NCBI GenBank assembly: GCA_977020255.1 | Contig: CDROCS010001089.1 | Location: 186,001 to 250,000, forward strand | Reading direction: 5' to 3' | Length of the DNA stretch: 64,000 nucleotides | Source of the DNA: Obrimoposthia wandeli | Lineage: Eukaryota | Shown here: piece by piece, positions 38,370 through 48,055 of the stretch | Position numbering within the stretch: position 1 is the stretch's first letter | Layout of the letters: each line of letters begins with the position of its first letter | Notes under the pieces: model-generated | Told to the model about the DNA's origin: nothing | Databases searched by the model: none | What the model saw: the letters and a program-made list of their open reading frames with translations, nothing else | Program-made: the position numbers and the translations under genes

Positions 38370-39140
38370 ATGTCAGAATTTGTTAGTTTTCATGATTTAA
38401 AAGATAGCAGTGTTTTCATTACTGGTGGCGGTGCAGGTATTGGTGCAGCGCTTACTGAAGGCTTTATTGCGCAAGGCGCTAAGGTGGCTTTTGTACAGCG
38501 CTCAGATGCTAGTGAATTTGTGGCGCAAATGCAGCAAAAATACGCAATAACACCGCTATTTATTCAATGCGATATTAGCGATATCACAGCGCTACAACAG
38601 GCGATACAGCAAGCTGAAAACGCACATGGCGCTATCACGACATTAGTTAATAATGCCGCGAATGATGCACGCCATTCGCTGCAAGATTATAGCCAAACAC
38701 AATGGGATGAAGGAATGGCCGTTAACTTGCGTCCACACTTTTTTACTGCGCAAGCGGTTAGCCCTGGTATGCAAAAATTAGGTTACGGATCGATCATTAA
38801 CTTTTCTTCAGTTTCTTATTTAATGGGCAATGCAGGCTACCCAGCTTATGTGGCCTCTAAAGCTGCAATTACCGGTTTAACCCGCGCACTAGCTCGCGAA
38901 TTAGGCCCTGATAATATTAGAGTTAACACTTTGCTACCAGGTTGGGTATTGACTGAAAAGCAGCTAGCAATGTGGGCGACAGAAGAAGGTTTAGCCGCAC
39001 ATATGCAGCGCCAATGTATTAAAGAGCATTTATCACCGCAAGATATTGTCGACAGCACACTCTTTTTAGCCTCTAAAGCCAGCCGCATGATTACCGGCCA
39101 AGCAATCGCGGTAGATGGCGGAGTGGTTGTTACAGGATAA
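38370..39140 (+). CDS. SDR family aldose 1-dehydrogenase (galactose/xylose/arabinose dehydrogenase-like)
   Basis: TGGGAGIG, NNAANDARH, YVASK, IRVNTLLPGWV. Confidence 0.85.
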   Translation: MSEFVSFHDLKDSSVFITGGGAGIGAALTEGFIAQGAKVAFVQRSDASEFVAQMQQKYAITPLFIQCDISDITALQQAIQQAENAHGAITTLVNNAANDARHSLQDYSQTQWDEGMAVNLRPHFFTAQAVSPGMQKLGYGSIINFSSVSYLMGNAGYPAYVASKAAITGLTRALARELGPDNIRVNTLLPGWVLTEKQLAMWATEEGLAAHMQRQCIKEHLSPQDIVDSTLFLASKASRMITGQAIAVDGGVVVTG

Positions 39141-39223
39141 ATTGCAAGACTGATTAACAAATACCTAGTATGAAAAGTTGCTCGCCAGACAAGCGAAACA
39201 AAGGTTAAAGGATAAAAGATTCA

Positions 39224-40204
39224 ATGAGCCATAAAACAAAGCGTCATGAAACCAATAGCTTGCAGCAAAATCAAGAGACTTGGATAGCCGTTGACTGGGG
39301 AACAAGCCGGCTGCGGGTTTGGCATATGAGTGTACAAGGAGACATTCTCGAGCATAAAAGCTGCGAGCAAGGCATGAATAGCTTACAACCTGATGCTTTT
39401 GAAGCGGTATTACTATCCCAAATTAACACTTGGCTAAACCCACAATTGGCCACTACAGTGCTCGCTTGTGGCATGCTCGGATCACGCCAAGGCTGGATGG
39501 AAGTTAGCTATGTTGCAGCACCTTGTTTAGCCACCACCACTGCTGTACGAACGCTCACCCAAGATCCACGTATACAAGTGTATATTTGCCCCGGGATTAA
39601 GCAGCTCGCGCCTGCGGATGTAATGCGCGGCGAAGAAACACAAATAGCCGGTTTTATGGCACAAGAGCCTGAGTTTAACGGTGTTATTTGTCTGCCTGGT
39701 ACTCATGCGAAATGGGTACAAGTGCAAGACGCTAGAATTATTCAGTTTCAAACCTACTTAACGGGCGAACTTTACGCTTTGCTCGCTAAGCAATCAGTAT
39801 TGCGCCACTGTTTAGATACCACCACTTGGGATGACGCAGCTTTCGCCGCTGCCATAAAACAAAGCATTGAAAGCCCTCAAAGTATCAGCGCCAAATTGTT
39901 TTCACTGCGCGCCCAAGCACTACTTAACGATTTAGCGCCAAGTAGCGTCAATGCGGCGCTTTCGGGTTATTTAATTGGTTTAGAACTCGCTAGTTGCCAA
40001 CACTTTTGGCGGCAGCCTGAATCAGCACAACAGTCGCAACTACTATCACCACAGCCAAAAATAATAATTATTGGCGATGCTACATTAAGTAAAAGATACG
40101 CCCAAGCGCTCTCTCTACTGGACATCAGCAGCCGCCAACAAAATAGTGAAAGCCTCACTTTACAAGGGCTTGCACTCGCTCATCAACAATTATCAATCCT
40201 ATAA
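39224..40204 (+). CDS. dgoK: 2-dehydro-3-deoxygalactonokinase
   Basis: AVDWGTSRLR, CGMLGSRQGW, DVMRGEETQI, LPGTHAKW, TYLTGEL. Confidence 0.9.
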   Translation: MSHKTKRHETNSLQQNQETWIAVDWGTSRLRVWHMSVQGDILEHKSCEQGMNSLQPDAFEAVLLSQINTWLNPQLATTVLACGMLGSRQGWMEVSYVAAPCLATTTAVRTLTQDPRIQVYICPGIKQLAPADVMRGEETQIAGFMAQEPEFNGVICLPGTHAKWVQVQDARIIQFQTYLTGELYALLAKQSVLRHCLDTTTWDDAAFAAAIKQSIESPQSISAKLFSLRAQALLNDLAPSSVNAALSGYLIGLELASCQHFWRQPESAQQSQLLSPQPKIIIIGDATLSKRYAQALSLLDISSRQQNSESLTLQGLALAHQQLSIL

Positions 40205-40215
40205 CGGAGCCAAAG

Positions 40216-40827
40216 ATGCAACAGCGCCAACTTATCGCCATATTACGCGGTATAGAACCTAATGATGCTATCGATATCGCACAAGCACTAATAAGCAGTG
40301 GTATCACAAAAATTGAAGTCCCTTTGACTTCTCCCGATGCACTGACCAGTATTAAACTAATGGTAGAGCACTTTGTTAATCAAGCCATTTTTGGTGCAGG
40401 AACAGTACTAAACTGTGAACAAGTGATTGCAGTAGCAAGCACTGGCGCTAGCATGATTGTCTCGCCAAATTTTAACCAAGATGTGGTACATCGAACCAAA
40501 GCACTCGGTATGCTCTCCTACCCTGGCGTATTAACCCCAAGTGAGTGCTTTGATGCAATTGATGCAGGTGCTGATGGTTTAAAAATATTTCCAGCCTCTA
40601 TTATTGGCCCAGCGGGTGTGGCCGCTATGTCGGTAGTGCTACCCAAAACGACACCTATATTTGCAGTGGGCGGTGCAAGTACTGAAAACTTTGGCGATTG
40701 GTTAAACGCTGGAGTGCAGGGCTTTGGTATAGGCTCAGCGCTCTATAAACCCGGTTATAGTGTGGCTCAAGTAAGGGCTATTGCGCAAAAAATGGTTGCG
40801 GCTTTTGACGCTGCGATTAGTAATTGA
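40216..40827 (+). CDS. dgoA: 2-dehydro-3-deoxy-6-phosphogalactonate aldolase
   Basis: LIAILRG, IEVPL, FGAGTVL, VSPN, LKIFPA, AVGG; follows dgoK. Confidence 0.88.
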   Translation: MQQRQLIAILRGIEPNDAIDIAQALISSGITKIEVPLTSPDALTSIKLMVEHFVNQAIFGAGTVLNCEQVIAVASTGASMIVSPNFNQDVVHRTKALGMLSYPGVLTPSECFDAIDAGADGLKIFPASIIGPAGVAAMSVVLPKTTPIFAVGGASTENFGDWLNAGVQGFGIGSALYKPGYSVAQVRAIAQKMVAAFDAAISN

Positions 40828-40833
40828 CAGTTG

Positions 40834-40972
40834 GAGACCTTTGCACAATTACTGCACTCAGTGATACGGCGTTAAAAACAAGCTCAAAATCCTCATTTAT
40901 AGGCATAAATTCCGGTTTTTCGCTTGTTTTTGCCTTGTCTCACTGTCGCTCGCTACTTTGTGCAAAGGTCTC
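40834..40972. mobile_element. MITE family C, copy 1
   Basis: 139 bp, TIRs GAGACCTTTGCACAA / TTGTGCAAAGGTCTC; 5-bp flanking duplication AGTTG. Confidence 0.9.
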
Positions 40973-41053
40973 AGTTGATATTAAAAGATAATAATTTCTA
41001 GCCGTTTACAGCTAGCATACAACTTAAAGCCGTAATATAAATTAGGTGAATCT

Positions 41054-41917
41054 ATGCGTATTTTTGATGACACTGCTTGTGAATTAGGTGAAGGTCCGCT
41101 GTGGCATCCTGTGAATCAAGAATTATATTGGTTTGATATATTGGCTAAAACTTTGTTTTGCAAAGGCCTTGATGATACTCAAGTTAGGTGTTGGCAGTTT
41201 GAGGAGCATGTTTCTGCTGCAGGTTGGATAGATGAAACGCATTTGCTGATTGCCAGTGAAACTGCATTGTTTAACTTTAATTTAGTGACACAAGAGCAAC
41301 AGCTTGTTTGTTCCCTAGAAGCAAATAAAACTAACAATAGATCTAACGACGGCCGTGCCGATCCTTGGGGTGGTTTTTGGATAGGCACGATGGGTAAGCA
41401 GGCAGAAGCGAATGCTGGTGCTATTTACCGTTATTATCGCGGAGAACTAAAACAGCTTAAATCGAATATCAGCATTACTAACGCTATTTGCTTTTCCCCC
41501 AACAAAGAATATGCCTATTACACAGACACTGCTGAGCAAACTATTTGGCGCCAGCCCTTGGCAATAAATGACGGTTGGCCGGTAGGTACCGCTCAAGTGT
41601 TCATCGATTTACGTGAACATAATCTCAACCCTGACGGCGCCGTAATTGATGCCGCAGGTAATGTGTGGGTAGCACAATGGGGAGCGGCACGCGTTGCGCA
41701 GTATTCGTCAAATGGTGAGTTCTTGCAAGAAATTAGCGTACCCACAGCACACACAACCTGTCCTGCATTTGGTGGGCATAACCTTGGGCGTTTATTTGTC
41801 ACTAGTGCGAAAGCAGGGCTATCAAGGGAACAACTTGCTCAGCAGCCTGCTGGAAAAACTTTTTACATTGATATGGATTGTCGTGGTATAGCTGAACCTA
41901 AAGTGATTATTCGCTAA
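41054..41917 (+). CDS. SMP-30/gluconolactonase family lactonase (galactonolactonase candidate)
   Basis: LGEGPLW, RSNDGRADPWG, ITNAICFSP, PDGAVIDAAG, TCPAFGG. Confidence 0.9.
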   Translation: MRIFDDTACELGEGPLWHPVNQELYWFDILAKTLFCKGLDDTQVRCWQFEEHVSAAGWIDETHLLIASETALFNFNLVTQEQQLVCSLEANKTNNRSNDGRADPWGGFWIGTMGKQAEANAGAIYRYYRGELKQLKSNISITNAICFSPNKEYAYYTDTAEQTIWRQPLAINDGWPVGTAQVFIDLREHNLNPDGAVIDAAGNVWVAQWGAARVAQYSSNGEFLQEISVPTAHTTCPAFGGHNLGRLFVTSAKAGLSREQLAQQPAGKTFYIDMDCRGIAEPKVIIR

Positions 41918-41934
41918 ATACAAATATTTAACTA

Positions 41935-42093
41935 GTGCCCATCCAGAAACGGATGTCTACTGCGAACGCCTCACTAACTCAATCTACTCACGACTAGATC
42001 TAGTTGTTTGGAATAACCAAACGCCCATATCTAGTAGTACGTATCTTGAATTATTGGGGCGCTCTCGCGACGACCCCGTTTCAGGATGAGCAC
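41935..42093. mobile_element. MITE family B, copy 2
   Basis: 159 bp, GTGCCCATCC / GGATGAGCAC, TAACTA both sides. Confidence 0.9.
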
Positions 42094-42165
42094 TAACTAA
42101 GCGCAATAACCTTCAGAACAACTCGTTTTATGAGCTGTTAATTACCCGCTGTCATATTTGCTCAT

Positions 42166-42927
42166 TTATTTGTAGTTTGAAAAACCGTGTTTAGCGAGAA
42201 TGCTAGCGAAAGTGCCATCCGCACGGATTTTAGCTAACCCACGATTAAAATCTGCTAACAGTTTTTTGTTACTTGCATCAACTCGGTTGAACATTAAATA
42301 TAAAGGCTTACTCTCAAGCAAAGGTTGCAAAACCACGGTACCAGTGGCTAATTCAGGTTTTAAAAGATTAATTTCATGTCGAAAAACAGGGATCGAAGCC
42401 GCGACAATATCTACGCGCTTCGCAAGTAACATTCTGACCCCAGTTATTTGGTTGATAAGGACATGCTTATCAAGAAACTCAGCTTGATCAAACTCTTGTG
42501 TATACACCCACCCGCGCATAACGCCAATTTTATAAGGTTTTAGGCTCTCTAATTGTTCATACTTTAATATTCCAAGGCTCTTTAAAGCAATCAAGCCAAC
42601 ATCAATGGAAAAAATGGGGTCGCTATAATAAAATTTTTCATTGCGCTCTTTAGAATAATACGCGCCCATTACAACCTCTGCTTCTCCATAAGCGGCTATT
42701 TTTAAAGCTCTCATCCATGGATACCAACTCACCTTCGCCTGATGATTCTCTCTTTGAAAAGCAGCTTTAGCTATCTCTGTAATCACGCCTTCCGCGGGGA
42801 GGTTTGAAGAAAAAAAAGGCTCCCACTGAGTTGTTACCATAGATACTTTTTGCGCCCAAGCATGGCTGCTCAATAGCAGTAATAAACTCACAAAAAAACG
42901 TAAAAAAGTTATTTTTAAAAAAAACAT
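42166..42927 (-). CDS. Periplasmic substrate-binding protein, family 3-like
   Basis: Signal peptide, WEPF, PWMRAL, IGVMRGWVY, FNRGLAKIRADG. Confidence 0.85.
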   Translation of the reverse strand: MFFLKITFLRFFVSLLLLLSSHAWAQKVSMVTTQWEPFFSSNLPAEGVITEIAKAAFQRENHQAKVSWYPWMRALKIAAYGEAEVVMGAYYSKERNEKFYYSDPIFSIDVGLIALKSLGILKYEQLESLKPYKIGVMRGWVYTQEFDQAEFLDKHVLINQITGVRMLLAKRVDIVAASIPVFRHEINLLKPELATGTVVLQPLLESKPLYLMFNRVDASNKKLLADFNRGLAKIRADGTFASILAKHGFSNYK

Positions 42928-43153
42928 TTTACACTCCTTTTTCCCTGCTTTTTGCTACCGTCAATTTTCAGTTAGCAATTGATCCTGTCACCGTTTTATC
43001 AGTACTAACATCTCTAAAACTACAACAAGTTATTATCGACTGTATAAAAGGAATCTAAGAGATTAAATTTATACAGTCGTGTCTAGTAAACGCTCATTAA
43101 TCACACAAGTCCAATTTATTATATTTAGCAGCGATACATTCTACCATTGAATG

Positions 43154-43306
43154 CATTAGTGTCCGGTTAAAAAATGTAAGCCCTCTAACTCATTGATTTG
43201 TGGTTTTCTATCATGGAAAAATAGATATTTTTTAGCTAAGGAGTATTTTACGTTAACGTAAAATCAATGAGTTAGAGAGCAACAAAAATTAAACCGGACA
43301 CTAATG
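43154..43306. mobile_element. MITE family A, copy 7 (no target duplication)
   Basis: Perfect 15-bp TIRs CATTAGTGTCCGGTT / AACCGGACACTAATG; flanks unrelated. Confidence 0.88.
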
Positions 43307-43530
43307 ACCTGACGTAGAAAAAGACGACATAAAGTATGACCTATTTTGGATAATGTTCACTTTTAAATCTGAGCACTTATGCCGTTCACCAAGAAAATTA
43401 GATATTATCTAATAATGAGAAAAACTTTGCGACGCAACTCATTTTACCGGCTGTTTTCGCAATATTTCTTTATCTATTTGTGAAATACACATACAATAGA
43501 ACGATCGTTCAGTTATAAAAAAGAGCCACT

Positions 43531-43853
43531 ATGATTAAAACGGTTAATTATGATCAACAGCAAGTTGTGGATAAAGCAAAAGACTTGTATTGACAAAAGG
43601 TTTCCATGCGACATCAATGCGTAGGCTTATTGTCGATACATAACGCGGTTCGCCTAACTGTATTTGCATGCTAGCCAAAACAGTCGCGGAGATGACCAGC
43701 GATAATCAAGCATTACTCGATGGGGCAAGAGCTCCTTTTCTAGCAGTAGAAAAAGCATTTGAGGCATTGATTATCGAAGCGCAGCAAAAGGTGAAGTTGA
43801 TCAAGCTAAAGAACCATATGAGTGCTTCCAATCTTATACAGATGATCAGCTAA
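43531..43853 (+). pseudogene. TetR family regulator pseudogene
   Basis: MIKTVNYDQQQVVDKAKDLY*QK[G]FHATSMR (TGA at the usual Trp, frameshift), deletion, then CMLAKTVAEMT C-terminal part. Confidence 0.78.
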
Positions 43854-43913
43854 GTATTTGCACACCACTCTTTTTAAATTATTATTTTTTATCAGCTTAT
43901 CTAGGAGTATTAA

Positions 43914-44528
43914 ATGAGCGCGTCTACGTTATTCTATGTGCATGACCCAATGTGCAGCTGGTGTTGGGGCCATCGACCACAGTGGCAGAAATTACAAGCA
44001 TCTTTACCTAAAGGTGTTGAAGTCAAAAACGTTGTAGGGGGGCTGGCACCAGACAGTGATGAAGTTATGCCGCAAGCACAGCAGCAGGCAATAGCTGGTT
44101 ACTGGAAAAATATACACAACTTATTAGGTACTGAGTTTAACCACAATTTTTGGCAGGATAATAAACCGCGTCGCTCAACTTATCCGGCGTGTCGTGCAGT
44201 GATTGCAGCGCGTTGGCAAGACCGAGAAGAAGATATGATCAACGCATTGCAAGAGGCGTATTATTTAAACGCTAAAAACCCTTCAGATGTTGAAGTACAT
44301 TTGGATTTGGCCTCTGAACTTGGACTAAATATAGAGCAATTCACCGCTGATTTAGCATCACAAAAGTTAAAGGCAGCGTTTTACGAAGAGCTACAATTCG
44401 CACGTAGCCTGCCCATTAACGGTTTTCCGTCAATGGTGCTGGTCCATAACGAGGAAGCCTACGTTATCCCATTAGATTACAAAGACTGTCGTGGTGCGAT
44501 TGACACAATTACAGATATTATTGCATAA
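43914..44528 (+). CDS. DsbA family (FrnE-like) protein
   Basis: DPMCSWCWG, STYPACRAV, INGFPS. Confidence 0.9.
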   Translation: MSASTLFYVHDPMCSWCWGHRPQWQKLQASLPKGVEVKNVVGGLAPDSDEVMPQAQQQAIAGYWKNIHNLLGTEFNHNFWQDNKPRRSTYPACRAVIAARWQDREEDMINALQEAYYLNAKNPSDVEVHLDLASELGLNIEQFTADLASQKLKAAFYEELQFARSLPINGFPSMVLVHNEEAYVIPLDYKDCRGAIDTITDIIA

Positions 44529-44540
44529 GGGTACATATTT

Positions 44541-45470
44541 ATGAGCGAGATTATTTTTCATCATTATCCACCTTCACCTGTGGCGGAAAAAGTTCGAGTA
44601 GCTTTTGGTATTAAACAACTTAGTTGGCACAGTGTGATTATACCTAGAATCCCGCCTAAGCCTTTATTGATGCCATTAACGGGTGGCTTTAGGCGCACAC
44701 CGATCATGCAAATTGGTGCGGATATCTATTGTGACAGCCAATGTATATTACGTGAATTACAAAAGCGCTCGCCTGAACCTTCGTTGTATTCATCAGCGTC
44801 AGGTGACATTTCATGGGCCTTAAGCCGTTGGTCAGATACAACCTTGTTTGAACTTTGCGCTAAAATCATATTAGCCATTGCTGCGCCTGACATGCCAGAA
44901 GAGTTCAGCCGAGATCGCGGCCGCTTATATTTCGGCCCTAACTATGATTTTGCCAAGATTCACGATGAGTTACCGCACTTGATTAGTCAGTTGAGAGCAC
45001 AGTTGGGCTGGGTTGATCAGCAACTATCGGGCAGTGATGATTTCATGCAAGGTGAGCGCGCTACGCTACCTGATGCATTAATCTATTATCTGGTATGGTT
45101 TTTACGTGGTCGTTGGGTACAAGGGCCTAACTTTTTGGCTCAATTTCCAGCAATTGTTGAATGGGAGCAACGTGTTAAAGATATTGGACACGGCAAATCA
45201 ACAGATATGGATGCACAAGAGGCACTTGATATCGCCAAACGAGTAGAGCCTATGACACCTGCGTTTGTTGCTGAAAATGATCCGCAAAACTTAGCCCTAG
45301 GCATGAAGGTTTCGATTGCGGTTGATGAAGATAGTGGCGAACAACCAGTGGTTGGCGAGGTACGCTTTGCTGATCGTGAGACTATTGGTTTGCTATTGAG
45401 CAATGATCAAGTCGGGACTGTTTGCGTTAATTTTCCACGCGTAGGTTATCTTATCAAAATATGCGAATAG
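44541..45470 (+). CDS. Glutathione S-transferase family protein
   Basis: HHYPPSPVAEKVR, FRRTPIMQIGADIYCDS. Confidence 0.9.
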   Translation: MSEIIFHHYPPSPVAEKVRVAFGIKQLSWHSVIIPRIPPKPLLMPLTGGFRRTPIMQIGADIYCDSQCILRELQKRSPEPSLYSSASGDISWALSRWSDTTLFELCAKIILAIAAPDMPEEFSRDRGRLYFGPNYDFAKIHDELPHLISQLRAQLGWVDQQLSGSDDFMQGERATLPDALIYYLVWFLRGRWVQGPNFLAQFPAIVEWEQRVKDIGHGKSTDMDAQEALDIAKRVEPMTPAFVAENDPQNLALGMKVSIAVDEDSGEQPVVGEVRFADRETIGLLLSNDQVGTVCVNFPRVGYLIKICE

Positions 45471-46162
45471 ACATGTGATACGATATTTTTCCACAAAATG
45501 CCAAGGTTTAGTGGTTCATATTGCCTACAAATAAAAATATAGGCCTTGCTGGTTATCTTAGCAGCGAGCGGTTCCGGGCCTTACTTGATAGAAAAGCTAG
45601 GCCCGTGATATGTTGTTTATCGGTTACAAATTATAGATGGGTCACACATTAGACCGTTTATTGAGTCATATTGTAATGAACAAGCGCAAACCAATTTGAG
45701 TAAGCAAGCGATTAAAACCGCAGAGGATAGTGAGGCTTACTCAAGTCGAGTCGCAAAGTTTACAGATTACGCAAAAGCACTGATCTATAGATGATGTTCA
45801 CGCAGTATCTGATCCCACATATTTTGCACAGCGACTACAACTGATTCACACTAGAACAGATAGTATAAGCGGCTCCATTCAAATTGATAATATGGACACA
45901 TTGCAAGTCGTCGATGTCACCTTTCATGGTTTTCAAATTGCGCGATCAAGAGTTACACCTGACACTTTTCCCCGCTAAATATCGCTAAACAAGCTGCCGT
46001 TAAATCCAAACAATTCTATCTACGAAGCCGTACAACCACTTCGAGCACTGCAGGATCAAAGGGCTAAGAGATTTAGTCAAACTTTAGAAGCATCTCCATC
46101 AGCTCCTAGCGTGTTATCAATATCCAAAATGACTGATTTATATTTCGGCCCCTACACCACCA

Positions 46163-46564
46163 TCATTTTAAGCTATTTATAATATTTGTTTTTTGCAGAC
46201 TATCAAATCCGCGCAATGGAATTTGATAACGGGATTCATCGCTGGCAATTGCAGTGATATAGTTCGCATCTTTGATACCTTTGGTACCCTCGAGCTCAAA
46301 TCGACAGCCTTCTTTTTTAATCACCTGCATCGCACTTTTGCGATAACCATAGGCAACTTGTTGAGGTGTAATAATCACTTTTAAGAGATTGTAGCGATAA
46401 AAAAAGTAACTAATACTGATACCTATAAGTAGCACATTACCGACATTCTTACCTGCTGATGACATTTGTAAGTAATACTCAAACACTGCTAACAAAACCA
46501 ATATTGCAATCAGTGTTTTAAATGAAAATCGGCTCTTTGCAATAAACTCAACGGACTCCGTCAT
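46163..46564 (-). CDS. Hypothetical membrane protein (2 TM plus small soluble domain)
   Basis: ORF with two hydrophobic helices, downstream of the MmcQ gene. Confidence 0.6.
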   Translation of the reverse strand: MTESVEFIAKSRFSFKTLIAILVLLAVFEYYLQMSSAGKNVGNVLLIGISISYFFYRYNLLKVIITPQQVAYGYRKSAMQVIKKEGCRFELEGTKGIKDANYITAIASDESRYQIPLRGFDSLQKTNIINSLK

Positions 46565-46616
46565 TGATAACCTCTACTCTCTTGTGATAGTGCTTTAGCT
46601 TTTAGCTCGTCACTGA

Positions 46617-46982
46617 TTATTGCTGATTCAAACCTAATTCTTTCTGCTTCTTCTTGGTTAAGCCAAGGGAAACAATACGATAAGATTCATTGAGATAATA
46701 TTGCAGCGCATCATTCTTTTCTGCACTGTCATCGGTTTGCTGAATCCATTTCATCCCACGACTCGCCAAATAAGGTGCAGGCTGATAACCATCGCACTCC
46801 CCTAAAAAATCAAAGTTTTGATCTGAAGTTTTAAATGTAAATGCAGGTTGCTTACCCTTTCCCCAGCCTCCCACTGCAAATACTTTGCCGCCTACTTTCC
46901 ACACATGAGAGTTTCCCCATTGCATAACATGCGTCGTCTCTTTTAACGCTGCGCAGAATTGATTGAATTCATCGTATGTCAT
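46617..46982 (-). CDS. MmcQ/YjbR family DNA-binding protein
   Basis: QWGNSHVWKVGGKVFA, PAPYLASRGMKWI, SYRIV..GLTKKKQ. Confidence 0.9.
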   Translation of the reverse strand: MTYDEFNQFCAALKETTHVMQWGNSHVWKVGGKVFAVGGWGKGKQPAFTFKTSDQNFDFLGECDGYQPAPYLASRGMKWIQQTDDSAEKNDALQYYLNESYRIVSLGLTKKKQKELGLNQQ

Positions 46983-47823
46983 GCCACTCTCCTGTTCTCT
47001 AACTCAATAAAAATAACATAGTGATCATTGGTTTTCACTAGTAACAAAAGCTGTGCCGAGACTAACCAAAGGGTTCAGTACAAGTTGTGCTGGGTATAGC
47101 TCAGATCCGAACTCAACTATCAAGCCACACAACCTTTTGCAGAGCAACAGGCAGACTCTTACTCCCGGATAAATTGAAGTATCTACATTTATGAAGGTAA
47201 AGAGCGTGAGCTGAGCACGGGAACTTCATTATAAAATAATAGGATTAACGTAAACGCAGCGTTTAAAATACTGTTGGTACAAAGGAATTAGAAAACTCGA
47301 GAAAATGAGTGTTTTTAGAAAACTTATAAACGTAGAAGTAATGAGAAAGGAAAGTTAGCTGATCAACAATATTAGCAAATTATTATTATTTTTTTTGCTT
47401 CGTGTTGACTGCGACCAGCTGTTTATAGCCCGAAAATCTTATTATTTTTATGAGAGGACTTATTTATCTGTTATTTAAATAACAGGGTCTATTGCTCTAC
47501 ATTATCTCTTATTATTTTTATTAGTGATTATGCAGTTGTTACATTTTATTTTTATTATAATCTTATTATTGCACTTGCTGTGCCAATTACATTAACTAAC
47601 TGATAAATATGATTTTTAAATTATTTTCATCATCTTGCCACACAAGAGTGTTACCTTTATATCGCAAAGTGCTACCTATGGTAACCCTAGAAAGGGGTAT
47701 ATGGTAACACCTAGAAACAGTAACAGAATCAAGTGCTATCGATTTGGGATAGAAGCACCTTAGTTGCCGATGTCTCTAGTAGGTATAGCGCAGTAATTAG
47801 TAGGTTAAACTTTAATCTCAACT

Positions 47824-47972
47824 CATTACTGCCCGGTTAAAAACCCGACTCTTTACTCATTGATTTGTGGTTTTCTAGCATAGGTAATTGGATTTTTTTA
47901 ACCAAATAACACTTGTGGTCAATGTAAAATCAATGAGTTAAAGAACAGCAAAAATTAAACTGGACACTAATG
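47824..47972. mobile_element. MITE family A, copy 8
   Basis: CATTACTGCCCGGTT...AAACTGGACACTAATG; flanks diverged. Confidence 0.85.
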
Positions 47973-48055
47973 ACTCAGTTTCATTAGTTAATGGTATTGA
48001 TATTAATTCTCATTAAAAGTACTCTATAACTAAGTCAATTACTTATAGTAACCTC

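Noticed and set aside
43668-43853. Independent 61-aa gene
   Set aside because: It is the C-terminal piece of the TetR pseudogene
45480-46150. ncRNA or pseudogene
   Set aside because: No ORF, repeat or convincing structure recognised; may be an eroded gene
46990-47820. Regulatory RNA or origin-like region; short direct repeat TATGGTAAC(A)CCTAGAAA near 47680-47715
   Set aside because: Only two imperfect copies in AT-rich DNA; no DnaA-box or iteron array seen
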